From Blastocatellia bacterium (GTDB lineage: Bacteria > Acidobacteriota > Blastocatellia > UBA7656), in NCBI GenBank assembly GCA_963765495.1, contig CAVXWP010000008.1, forward strand, positions 32,001 through 96,000: DNA of 64,000 nucleotides, given 5' to 3'. Made by a program: the position numbers and the translations under genes. The notes below the pieces were generated by a model, which was given only the letters and a program-made list of their open reading frames with translations, did no database searches and was not told where the DNA came from. Shown piece by piece: positions 1 to 9,054 of the stretch (the first letter of the stretch is position 1; every line of letters begins with the position of its first letter).

Positions 1-393
1 TACCCTGCAAAAGCCGTCTTGATCGTAGATCAGAGGGCTACGCCCGAACAACAAACGGCGCTTGTCGGATTTGCCCACGAGATGGGCGGAAAACTCCTGG
101 GCAATGTCGTGCGAGTGGAAGTCGCTCCAATCGAGATGGAAGTGCATCACGAGGGGGGCCATCCAGGGAAAACAACTTTGCGCGCCGGAAATATCGCGGG
201 CATAGAGACGCGCTCCATAGGAGCAAAGGATCACCTCTGCGGCAACGAAGAGACCTTCTATCCCCCGCTTTCCGAGTTGAGTCATTCGATGCCCGCCGTC
301 GCTGAACTTGACCAGTATACGGGGTCGGACCTCGGAGTCTCGTGGACTCTGCGCGGCAAGCGAAGCGCATTTGTCGGTAGCTTCTCAAGATAG
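1..393 (+). CDS. DUF1326-like protein, 5'-truncated by window edge
   Basis: Frame open from base 1 (YPAKAVLIVDQRAT...). The IVD-RA-xxQxxAL segment and HLCGNEETFYPPL resemble the DUF1326 C-terminus. Confidence 0.6.
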   Translation, partial: YPAKAVLIVDQRATPEQQTALVGFAHEMGGKLLGNVVRVEVAPIEMEVHHEGGHPGKTTLRAGNIAGIETRSIGAKDHLCGNEETFYPPLSELSHSMPAVAELDQYTGSDLGVSWTLRGKRSAFVGSFSR

Positions 394-494
394 ATAAATT
401 GTCTCGCGGGAAGGAAAATGAACGGTTGGGAAGAGCGGTCCATGTCGTAGGCGTGGCGAGCGCTTCTTACAATCAGCGGTCTGGAGAGCAGTAG

Positions 495-1157
495 ATGTTT
501 GTTAGAAAACTTGGCTTGTTATCCTTGATTTTGATCTTGCCTTTTGCGGCGCTTGGAGACGGCGAGAAGGTCGAAACCATCGGGCCTTTGACGGATCAGA
601 GCGCAAGCGAAACTCTTCGCGGCGCTCTCGATTCGACGGGCTATCGGGTAAAGGCGGCAGACGGTTCAGAGGTCTGTGACATCTGGCTCAGAAAATCGGT
701 TGCGTCTAAAGAGAACTCCACTACGCCAGGCGTGCTTTTATCCGAGGTTTCGGATTCGGCGCTTGTCGGAGTGATCTCATTTCCAAAAGCGACAACCGAT
801 TTTCGAGGTCAGGCCCTAAAGGCCGGAACCTATACGATGCGTTATGGCCTGCATCCGACCGATGGCAATCATATGGGGATCTCCACTTACCGCGATTTCC
901 TTATCCTCGTGCCCGTGGCTGATGATAAAGACCCCGACGCAAAAATCGAGTTCAAAGACCTGATGAAAATGAGCACAAAAGCGTCAGGGACCAATCATCC
1001 GGCCCCGCTCGATGTAGTCTATCCGCAGGGCCAGGGCGATTCGCCTTCCGTCACCGAAGACGATCAGGAGCATCTCGTCTTTGAAACAAAGCTCAAGACT
1101 CAGTCTGGAAACACTATGCCGTTCGCCTTCATAGTAAAAGGTATCGCCGAACAATAG
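495..1157 (+). CDS. Secreted hypothetical protein
   Basis: GGAG RBS; N-terminal signal peptide; DFRGQ...GTYTMRY...HPTDGNHMG...RDF motifs. Confidence 0.75.
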   Translation: MFVRKLGLLSLILILPFAALGDGEKVETIGPLTDQSASETLRGALDSTGYRVKAADGSEVCDIWLRKSVASKENSTTPGVLLSEVSDSALVGVISFPKATTDFRGQALKAGTYTMRYGLHPTDGNHMGISTYRDFLILVPVADDKDPDAKIEFKDLMKMSTKASGTNHPAPLDVVYPQGQGDSPSVTEDDQEHLVFETKLKTQSGNTMPFAFIVKGIAEQ

Positions 1158-1205
1158 CGAAGCGGCTCATCTGTGCGGCTGTTCGAAATTTTCGATCTGA
1201 TCTTT

Positions 1206-2375
1206 ATGGCTCGTATTGCGATATTAAAGCTCGGAGTTTTACTCGCGCTGGCGCTTGTTTCTTCGACCTTTGTTTTCTCGATCTTTGTGCGAGCCGACGA
1301 TACAAACAACGAGGCGTTCAAGTTGGATGTCCCGCTGGGCATCCCGGCCGATCTGTGGTCATACTACATTCCAAAAGACAACCCTCTGACAACAGCGAAG
1401 GTGAATCTCGGGCGGCAGCTTTTTTTCGATAAGCGACTGTCGGCCGATGCAAGCGTGAGTTGCGCTACCTGTCACGACCCGAAACTCGCTTTTACGGACG
1501 GCAGAAATCTCGCCGTCGGGATAGGCAACAGGGTTGGCAGGCGTAATTCACCTACTCTGCTCAACGCCATGTTTGTTTCGGGGCAGTTCTGGGATGGCCG
1601 GGTTGATTCGCTTGAAGCGCAGGCGAAGTTGCCGCTAATTGAATCAAATGAGATGGGCAATGAATCGCTTGAGCAAGTCGCCGCAAGGCTTGAGGCTGTG
1701 CCTGAATACGCCAGACAGTTCCGCGAAGTCTTTGGCGGCCCTGTGACTGTCGATTTCATAGCTAAGGCAATCGCGTCGTTTGAACGTACGCTGGTTTCCG
1801 CCAATTCGCCTCTTGATCGCTTTGTAAACGGAGACCGTGATGCCTTGAGCGAATCCGCCCGTCGCGGATTTGTGTTGTTTCGCACAAAGGGGAGATGCAC
1901 GATCTGTCATAACCTGAATCAGGCGTTCCCGTTTCTGACCGATCAAAATTTTCGCAACACGGGTGTAGCAGCCAACAGCCTGTCCTTTGACCGTTTTGCC
2001 AGGACCGCTATGCGGCTATCGAAAAGCGCCGACCTGAGTCTGACGCTAAAGGGGCTTGCCGCAGAAGAAGGGGCGGCAGAACTGGGGCGGTTTCTTGTCA
2101 CCGGGAGCGCGCTCGATATAGGCACTTTCAGAACGCCGTCGCTCAGAAACGTAGAGCTTACCGCGCCTTACTTTCACGACGGCAGCGCCGCCACGCTTGG
2201 GGATGTACTTCGGTTTTACATCAAGGGAGGAAACGAAAATCCGAGCAAGGATTGGGAACTTCAACCCCTAGACCTGAGCGATGATGAGCAGCATGACCTT
2301 ATAGAATTTCTGAAATCACTCACTAGCGACGATGCGCGGCAGACGAGCGAAATAGCCGCGAGTCTTTCTCATTAG
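1206..2375 (+). CDS. Di-heme cytochrome c peroxidase/MauG family protein
   Basis: Two CxxCH (CATCH, CTICH); LGRQLFFD, RNSPT, QFWDGR, TPSLRN, TAPYFHDG; signal/TM segment; ATG 1206 preferred. Confidence 0.9.
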   Translation: MARIAILKLGVLLALALVSSTFVFSIFVRADDTNNEAFKLDVPLGIPADLWSYYIPKDNPLTTAKVNLGRQLFFDKRLSADASVSCATCHDPKLAFTDGRNLAVGIGNRVGRRNSPTLLNAMFVSGQFWDGRVDSLEAQAKLPLIESNEMGNESLEQVAARLEAVPEYARQFREVFGGPVTVDFIAKAIASFERTLVSANSPLDRFVNGDRDALSESARRGFVLFRTKGRCTICHNLNQAFPFLTDQNFRNTGVAANSLSFDRFARTAMRLSKSADLSLTLKGLAAEEGAAELGRFLVTGSALDIGTFRTPSLRNVELTAPYFHDGSAATLGDVLRFYIKGGNENPSKDWELQPLDLSDDEQHDLIEFLKSLTSDDARQTSEIAASLSH

Positions 2376-2423
2376 CGCGGCTTGAAACCCTGATCGTATC
2401 TGCTCAGATAGAGAGAACAATTT

Positions 2424-2489
2424 GCCACAGAGACACAAAGAGACAGAGTTTTTTATTATATTTTCTCTGTGCCTTCGAGCCTCCGTGGC
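2424..2489. repeat. Intergenic palindromic element, family G
   Basis: GCCACAGAGACACAAAGAGACAGAG ... CTCTGTGCCTTCGAGCCTCCGTGGC; related copy at 41270-41338. Confidence 0.7.
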
Positions 2490-2528
2490 TTTTCTGAATT
2501 CTTTTGCCTGATCAAACCTTTAACTCAC

Positions 2529-3740
2529 GTGAAATCGAGCGAAGTCATTATCATCGGAGGCGGCATAGTAGGGCTGGCCACGGCTTACGATCTTTCTCAT
2601 CGCTATCCCGACAAACCCGTCATGGTCTTAGAAAAAGAGCATGAGCTTGCGGCGCATCAGACCGGGCGCAATTCAGGGGTGCTTCATTCAGGGATTTATT
2701 ACAAACCGGGATCGTTGAAGGCGTTTGCCTGCCGGGAAGGGAAGCGTGCCCTGGAAGCGTTTTGCGAGCGCGAAGACGTTCGGTTTCGTCTGTGCGGGAA
2801 GGTCATTGTCGCATGTGAAGAATCAGAACTTGACCGGCTGAATTTTCTCTACGAGCGAGGCAGGGCTAACGGCGTAGGGTGTGAAATAATTTCGCGCTCA
2901 CGCCTCGATGAGATCGAGCCTCACGCGAGAGGGCTGAAAGCCATTCACATCCCCGGGGCCGGGATAGTCGATTACGGGGAAGCGTGCGAGCGAATGGCGG
3001 CGCGGATTCGTGAGAGGGGCGGCAGCGTGATAACCGATGCGCGCGTGACAGGCATAGTTGAAAAAACGGATGAAGTAATTCTTGAGAGCACGGCGGGCGA
3101 TTTTTCTGCGCGCTACCTGATCAACTGCGCCGGGTTGCAGGCGGATCGCGTGACCGCTATGAGCGGCGCAAGGTCCCCGGTCCTGATAGTTCCATTCAGG
3201 GGTGAATACTTCAAGCTCAAGCCGAAGGCCGCCGGGCTCTGTCGGGGATTGATCTACCCCGTGCCCGATCCGAGATTTCCGTTTCTTGGAGTTCATGTTA
3301 CTCCTATGACCGACGGCTCGGTCGAGTGTGGCCCCGGGGCTATCCTCGCTTTTGCCCGGGAGGGCTATCAAAAGACCGATATAAACCTTGCAGATCTGGT
3401 AGAGACTTTGACTTATCCGGGGTTTCTCAGATTGGCGGCGCGTTACTGGAGAAAAGGGGCGGCCGAGATGTGGCAATCGCTCAATAAAGCGGCGTTTGTA
3501 AGAGCGGTTCAGCGCCTCGTGCCTGAAATAGAAGCGGAGGATATGATCCCCTCTCCGTCGGGCGTTCGCGCTCAGGCGCTCGCTCCTGATGGTACGATGG
3601 TGGACGATTTCGCTTTTCAGGAGCAGCCCCGAATCGTCAACGTAATAAACGCGCCTTCACCGGCCGCGACCTCTTCACTCGCGCTCGGCAAAATGATAGT
3701 CGAGCGCCTCGCAACCAGATTCGATGATGCGATGCCTTGA
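2529..3740 (+). CDS. lhgO: L-2-hydroxyglutarate oxidase (FAD-dependent)
   Basis: GGGIVG, HQTGRNSGVLHSGIYY, PFRGEY, IYPVPDPRFPFLGVH, GVRAQA, NAPSPAATSSL; GTG 2529 preferred. Confidence 0.9.
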   Translation: MKSSEVIIIGGGIVGLATAYDLSHRYPDKPVMVLEKEHELAAHQTGRNSGVLHSGIYYKPGSLKAFACREGKRALEAFCEREDVRFRLCGKVIVACEESELDRLNFLYERGRANGVGCEIISRSRLDEIEPHARGLKAIHIPGAGIVDYGEACERMAARIRERGGSVITDARVTGIVEKTDEVILESTAGDFSARYLINCAGLQADRVTAMSGARSPVLIVPFRGEYFKLKPKAAGLCRGLIYPVPDPRFPFLGVHVTPMTDGSVECGPGAILAFAREGYQKTDINLADLVETLTYPGFLRLAARYWRKGAAEMWQSLNKAAFVRAVQRLVPEIEAEDMIPSPSGVRAQALAPDGTMVDDFAFQEQPRIVNVINAPSPAATSSLALGKMIVERLATRFDDAMP

Positions 3741-3771
3741 TCTAAACCCAACTCCATAAATAGGGTAGTTG

Positions 3772-3817
3772 AAATAGACCACGGATGACGCGGATGCGGC
3801 GGATTTTCGCGGATCTG
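3772..3817. repeat. Family A element, single arm
   Basis: AAATAGACCACGGATGACGCGGATGCGGCGGATTTTCGCGGATCTG; matches the arm at 10602-10643. Confidence 0.8.
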
Positions 3818-3834
3818 AACAAAGTTTTATCGGG

Positions 3835-4692
3835 TCAATCCTTAAGCAGAGCGCGAATGCGGGGCTCAAGCGCCGCGCGAATCTCGTCATCTGAGAGCGC
3901 GTATTCGATTACGGTTTTCAGATAATTTATCGGGTCGCCGATGGTGAGCCATTCGCCTCCGGTGACTGGAGCCGTCACAAAGCGTCCGCCACGTCGAACG
4001 TATTCGCGTACGGCATCGGTCAGCCACAGCTCGTTCGATTTGCCCAGAGGAATCTCGGTCAGGACTTGAATTATATCGGTAGACAGCAGGAAGCGACCGA
4101 ACATCGCGAGGTTTGAGGGCGCTTCTTCGCGGCCCGGCTTTTCAATGACATCAATCATCTCCCGGTCACGGTCGCCCGCTTTGAGCTTTACCATGCCGTA
4201 GCGGTCTACGTCTTCCCACGGCACTTCTTGAGTGCCCGCGACGAGCGCGCCCGTTCTATCATGGGCTTCGATCATTATCCGGGCGAATGGCCTGTCGCCT
4301 TTTATGATGTCATCACCATAGGAATATATGAAGCCCTCGCCTTCGGGAATGTGCGAACGTGCCACGATGAGAGGGGTGCCGTTTCCGTAAGGTCCTTGCT
4401 GGGCTTCGAAGATTATTTCTATGCCGGAGAGCTTATCAACAAACTCATCCAGGCGTGGGCGCTTGCCGCGCGGCGGCAGGTTGGAAAGATCGAATTGACG
4501 CTTGAGCGGTTCCGGGTTTTCGCCCGTTATGATTATGATCTTGTTCAGACCTGAGTCTATGTATTCTTCGATTATCAAATGTATCGCGGGTTTGTTTATG
4601 ATCGGCAAGAGTTCCTTGGGATAACCGAGTGTCACGGGAAGCATTCGCGTGCCCGAGCCTGCCGCTGCTATCACACCCGTTCTTACTTTCAT
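3835..4692 (-). CDS. galU: UTP-glucose-1-phosphate uridylyltransferase-like nucleotidyltransferase
   Basis: AAGSGTRMLPVT..PKELLP, GDD, YG, IEKP, ELWLTDA. Confidence 0.8.
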   Translation of the reverse strand: MKVRTGVIAAAGSGTRMLPVTLGYPKELLPIINKPAIHLIIEEYIDSGLNKIIIITGENPEPLKRQFDLSNLPPRGKRPRLDEFVDKLSGIEIIFEAQQGPYGNGTPLIVARSHIPEGEGFIYSYGDDIIKGDRPFARIMIEAHDRTGALVAGTQEVPWEDVDRYGMVKLKAGDRDREMIDVIEKPGREEAPSNLAMFGRFLLSTDIIQVLTEIPLGKSNELWLTDAVREYVRRGGRFVTAPVTGGEWLTIGDPINYLKTVIEYALSDDEIRAALEPRIRALLKD

Positions 4693-4778
4693 TTCGCTTT
4701 TCTCCTCCTATATGCTCTGCCTGTCGGCGATGTTAAAGTATAGCCTCTTGGGGCTCATCTCACCAATTAGCGGAAAGT

Positions 4779-5660
4779 ATGGCAAGAGCGAGTAACCATC
4801 AATCATGCGAATCTCGGTTGAACCGCATCGTAAATGTCGCGTCGGTTCGACACCTGAGCCCGTTCCGATATCCGGGCGGAAAAACATGGCTTGTTCCTCT
4901 GATAAGGCAGTGGCTGAAACGTCGTCCCACCGAGTTTATTGAGCCGTTCGCTGGTGGCGGCATCATAAGCCTCACGGTAGCCAGCGAAGAACTGTCCCGG
5001 CACGTGACGATGGCGGAACTGGATAATCAGGTGGCCGCCGTGTGGAAGACTATTCTGGTTAATAACGAAGCCGAGTGGCTTGCCGAAAAGATTATAAGCT
5101 TTGAGCTTACTCTTGAATCGGTTCTGAAGGAGCTTGCCAGACCACCCGAATCTACAGGTCAGAAGGCATTCCAAACCATTCTCAAGAATCGAACTTTTCA
5201 CGGCGGCATTATTGCTTCGGGCTCCGCGCCCGTAAGACGGGGCGAAAATGGCAGGGGAGTCAAGTCCAGGTGGTACGCAGAAACCCTCAGAAAAAGGATA
5301 TTGAATATTGCCGCTTTCAGTGAGCGGATCACTTTTATCGAAGGCGATGGTTTGGAACTTATCAAGCAAAATGCTCACCGATCCGATGTCGCATTCTTTA
5401 TTGATCCGCCGTATACGGCAGCGGGCAAGCGAGCGGGCAGACGGCTCTATACGCATTGCGAACTGAACCATGAGGAATTATTCGATAGCGTAGATACGGT
5501 CTCGGGCGATTTCTTGATGACTTACGATACGGCTGAAGGAGTGCAGGAGCTTGCTCGAAAACACAACTTCGATACGGAGCGGGTGGCGATGAAAAACACT
5601 CATCACGCCCGGATGGCCGAATTATTGATCGGGCGTAATCTCGATTGGGCCCGAGTGTAG
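4779..5660 (+). CDS. DNA adenine methyltransferase (Dam/D12-like), orphan
   Basis: SPFRYPGGK, EPFAGG (SAM motif I), DPPY (motif IV), MTYD. Confidence 0.9.
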   Translation: MARASNHQSCESRLNRIVNVASVRHLSPFRYPGGKTWLVPLIRQWLKRRPTEFIEPFAGGGIISLTVASEELSRHVTMAELDNQVAAVWKTILVNNEAEWLAEKIISFELTLESVLKELARPPESTGQKAFQTILKNRTFHGGIIASGSAPVRRGENGRGVKSRWYAETLRKRILNIAAFSERITFIEGDGLELIKQNAHRSDVAFFIDPPYTAAGKRAGRRLYTHCELNHEELFDSVDTVSGDFLMTYDTAEGVQELARKHNFDTERVAMKNTHHARMAELLIGRNLDWARV

Positions 5661-5666
5661 CCGACC

Positions 5667-5719
5667 TTTTATACTGGATTGACAGGATAAAAAGAGAGCC
5701 CTGTCAATCCAGTATAAAA
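5667..5719. terminator. Bidirectional terminator-like hairpin (family I repeat)
   Basis: Perfect 20-bp inverted repeat TTTTATACTGGATTGACAGG (5667-5686) / 5700-5719 between convergent genes. Confidence 0.75.
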
Positions 5720-5736
5720 ACTTTAACCATACTGAT

Positions 5737-7731
5737 TCAAGGCAGAGCGAAGGCTACAACGTAATCGCCCATCTTTGTTCCAAGTTTGCCGTGACCACCG
5801 GCAGAAATCACTACGTATTGCTTGCCCTTTTCACTAACGCGATAACTCATAGGAGTCGCCTGTGCGCTTGCAGGCAGCTCGCCTTTCCACAATTCCTTTC
5901 CTGTTTCAACATCGAAGGCTCGCAGATATGTATCCATCGCGGCGGCTATAAAGACTACGCCGCCTGCCGTGACGATACCGCCCCCGAGGTTGAGCGATCC
6001 CCATTCGGAAGAATTTGGGATCATAGCCATCTGGGGAATAGCGCCGAGCGGCACCTCCCATCGCAGCTTGCCTGTTGAGAGATCAACCGCCGTCAAGGTT
6101 CCCCAGGGCGGGGCGTTGCACGGCACGCCGCTTGGCGCAAGTAACGGCTCACGATAAATTATCAGCTTGTCCGTCATTCGCCCGAATTCGCCTTTCAATC
6201 TGTTGTCTTCGGTAGTGTTTTTAAACTTTGCCACTTCTTCTCGCGCCATCAACTTCACAACCGTTGCCAGTCGGTTTGTGCTCGTGATCAGCAAATTGTG
6301 TCTGGAATCGAAAGCCATACCGCCCCAGTTTACGCCGCCCACATTCCCGGGGAACATAATGGTGCCTTCAAAGCTTGGAGGCGTGAAGATGCCCTCCGAA
6401 CGAAGAGATTTTATTCGCTCTCGACACCAGTCGCGATCTTTTTCATTGAATCCCCAGGCATCATCGGGCGAGAGTTTGCTTGGGACGATTGGAGGAGGAA
6501 GCACCGGAAACGGCTGAGTCGGGAAGGCCTCTTCGCCGGGAACGGAACTCTTACCGACGGCGCGCTCTTCGACCGGAAACAGGGATTTGCCCGTTTCGCG
6601 ATTTAGAACAAAGATATGCCCCATCTTTGTCGCTACGGCGACCGCCGGAATATCTCGCCCGTTTTTCCTGATGGTGATTAGCATCGGCTGCGCGGCGATG
6701 TCGTAATCCCAGAGGTCGTGATGCACTACCTGAAAGTGCCAGACGAGCTTGCCCGTTGAAGCGCGCAAAGCGACTACGGAATTGGCATAGCGATTATCTC
6801 CTTTGCGCTCGCCGCCGTAGAAATCGGGGCTGGGGCTTGACGTGGGGATAAAGACCATATCGTGCTGCGGGTCCGCAGAGATTATCGACCAGGCATTCGT
6901 GTCGCCTGTGCGAACCGCGCCGTCGCCTTGCCAGGACTTCCGCGCCTGTTCAGTGTCTTGCGCGGGTATCGGGTCCCAACTCCACTTCATCTGCCCTGTG
7001 CGCGCATCATAGCCGCGTACCACACCGCGTTCGACTTCGACCCCGCGATTGTCGCCTATCGAAGAGCCTACCACTACCAGATCGCCGATTATCGCGGGAG
7101 GCGAAGTGACCTGATACATGCCTTTTTCGGTCAGCTTTATACCCTGGGTCAAATCCACCTGCCCGTTTTGACCAAACTCTTTGCAAGGCTCGCCCGTGGC
7201 AGCATCAAGCGCGATCAACCGAGCGTCAACCGTACCCAGAAATATCCTTCGACGACCGGCGGCACCGGGCTTTGCACGGCTATCGAGCCAGGTCGAGACG
7301 CCTCTCGATGTGAGTTCGGAATAATTCACAGTCGGGTTCAACTTAGGATCAAACACCCATCTCTCCTTGCCCGTCTCGGGGTCGAGCGCCACAACGCGGT
7401 TGAAAGGAGTGCTGAGATAAAGAGTTCCGTCAACCATTATGGGAGTCGCTTCAAAGGCCGCCTTACCGGCCGAACGCGCCTTGATACTTGAGTCTCCAGT
7501 GCGGTAGGTCCAGGCGATCTTTAATTCTTTCACATTCTGCCGGTTGATTTGATCGATTGGGGCAAAGCGCGAGCCTCCTCCGTCCCGACCGTATGCGGGC
7601 CAATCCTCTCTCTTCCCGGCAGACTGACCATAGGCGCTGAAACGCTCCGACATCGGAATAATGGATTGGCCGAGCAAAAATATTGTCGCAAGCAGGAATA
7701 CGACCTTCGGGTTAATGCCTCTCAACTTCAT
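5737..7731 (-). CDS. PQQ-dependent dehydrogenase (glucose/quinate/shikimate family), exported
   Basis: Signal peptide; W-docking propeller repeats; FEATP, PSPDFYGG, HHDLWDYD, PPWG, QATPMSY. Confidence 0.9.
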   Translation of the reverse strand: MKLRGINPKVVFLLATIFLLGQSIIPMSERFSAYGQSAGKREDWPAYGRDGGGSRFAPIDQINRQNVKELKIAWTYRTGDSSIKARSAGKAAFEATPIMVDGTLYLSTPFNRVVALDPETGKERWVFDPKLNPTVNYSELTSRGVSTWLDSRAKPGAAGRRRIFLGTVDARLIALDAATGEPCKEFGQNGQVDLTQGIKLTEKGMYQVTSPPAIIGDLVVVGSSIGDNRGVEVERGVVRGYDARTGQMKWSWDPIPAQDTEQARKSWQGDGAVRTGDTNAWSIISADPQHDMVFIPTSSPSPDFYGGERKGDNRYANSVVALRASTGKLVWHFQVVHHDLWDYDIAAQPMLITIRKNGRDIPAVAVATKMGHIFVLNRETGKSLFPVEERAVGKSSVPGEEAFPTQPFPVLPPPIVPSKLSPDDAWGFNEKDRDWCRERIKSLRSEGIFTPPSFEGTIMFPGNVGGVNWGGMAFDSRHNLLITSTNRLATVVKLMAREEVAKFKNTTEDNRLKGEFGRMTDKLIIYREPLLAPSGVPCNAPPWGTLTAVDLSTGKLRWEVPLGAIPQMAMIPNSSEWGSLNLGGGIVTAGGVVFIAAAMDTYLRAFDVETGKELWKGELPASAQATPMSYRVSEKGKQYVVISAGGHGKLGTKMGDYVVAFALP

Positions 7732-7772
7732 CTCTCCACCCTTTCTAAATCAATATTTTGTCTTCTGATAAA

Positions 7773-7798
7773 TCACGCATCACGTATCACGCATCACG
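7773..7798. repeat. Family B heptamer arm (ATCACGY)n
   Basis: ATCACGC ATCACGT ATCACGC ATCAC; supplies the last codons and TGA of the GNAT gene. Confidence 0.8.
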
Positions 7799-8314
7799 TT
7801 TGCCTTCCCACATAGATCGGTCCATACCATAGACCAATACCTCGTGCGTCATTAATTCTGTCCTGCCTTCGAGTCGTTCTCCGAGTCTTTCGGCCACTCG
7901 AATCGAATTCGTATTTGCAGGTTGGATGAAGCTGATAATGTGAGGTGCGTGCAGTTCCGAGAACGCATAATCGAGTGAAGCAAACGCGGCTTCGGTGGCA
8001 AATCCCCGGCCCCAGTGATCGCGGCCTAACATCCAGCCGATTTCAAGCTCGGGCCATCCTTCTGGCATCCAGCATCCGATACGCCCGATCAGTTTTTGAG
8101 TGGCGCGCTCTTCAACGGCCCACAACCCGAAGCCGCGAATTTGCCAGTGGCCGATAATCATAGCTATGTGCCGCCATGCTTCCGCTCTGGACATTGGCCT
8201 GCCGTCGCCGAGATAACGCACTACTTCAAGGTCGGCGCACATCTCGGCGTAGGCGTCGAGATCCGACTCGCGAAACATTCGAAGCAATAGCCGATCTGTT
8301 TCGAGCGTCTTCAT
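7787..8314 (-). CDS. GNAT family N-acetyltransferase (RimJ/RimL-like)
   Basis: LETDRLLLR, ELEIGW, WGRGFATEAA, NTNSIRVAERLG. Confidence 0.9.
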   Translation of the reverse strand: MKTLETDRLLLRMFRESDLDAYAEMCADLEVVRYLGDGRPMSRAEAWRHIAMIIGHWQIRGFGLWAVEERATQKLIGRIGCWMPEGWPELEIGWMLGRDHWGRGFATEAAFASLDYAFSELHAPHIISFIQPANTNSIRVAERLGERLEGRTELMTHEVLVYGMDRSMWEGKRDA

Positions 8315-8369
8315 ATCAACCCGGCCGCTTCAATCGATTCTCGCTTTTGGCAGGCGACGTGTCTGTCGA

Positions 8370-8873
8370 TTAGCTCTCGTCCGCAGACGGACCATAGAGC
8401 GCGGGAACCGGTATATCGTTCAGCCGCAGGTAGACGCTAAGCTGCCCGCGATGGTGGATGATGTGATTCATGATAAAGCTCCTCAACACCGCGACCCGAG
8501 GCAGCGTCATCACGGTATGCCCGCCGGAAAGAAGCGACCAGGAGGTTACGAGAAATTCGTCGCTTGCACCGGCGATTGCCGCTCGCGCGTCGGCTACGTT
8601 TTTATCAAAAATGGCGAGGACTTCTTCTGTTGAACCCGCCGGCGTAGCCTTCGGAGGCGGCCCGCCGCCGGGAGCCATGTCGAAGTTGTCGGAATTTATT
8701 GAGCGGCTCGCCCAGGTCGGAAGGTTGGCCAGGTGTGTGGCAAGGCTTCCCATAGACATAGACTTCTCGTGCGGTTTCCAATCCAACTTTTCATCGGGGA
8801 CTCGTTCGAGCGTTTTTCTAGTATTCGCCATTTCATAATCGAATTCCGGTAACAGTGCTTTTGTGATTGCCAT
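8370..8873 (-). CDS. DinB family protein
   Basis: WKPHEKSMS, LATH, HIIHHRGQLSVYLR, VPALYGPSAD; GGAGG RBS. Confidence 0.9.
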   Translation of the reverse strand: MAITKALLPEFDYEMANTRKTLERVPDEKLDWKPHEKSMSMGSLATHLANLPTWASRSINSDNFDMAPGGGPPPKATPAGSTEEVLAIFDKNVADARAAIAGASDEFLVTSWSLLSGGHTVMTLPRVAVLRSFIMNHIIHHRGQLSVYLRLNDIPVPALYGPSADES

Positions 8874-9054
8874 CTTATCCTCCAAAAATTAGATTCGCGC
8901 AAGAATGCGTGTGATTCCGGGTAAAAGCTTAATGGAATTGATTTGCGATGTCCATTCTGCGGGGGAAGGCAAACACCTGACAAACCGATTTAACCGGGCT
9001 CTTTGTCAGGCGCTTGTCTTTATTCGTGATTCGCACTTCGAGCAATGCTCGAAA

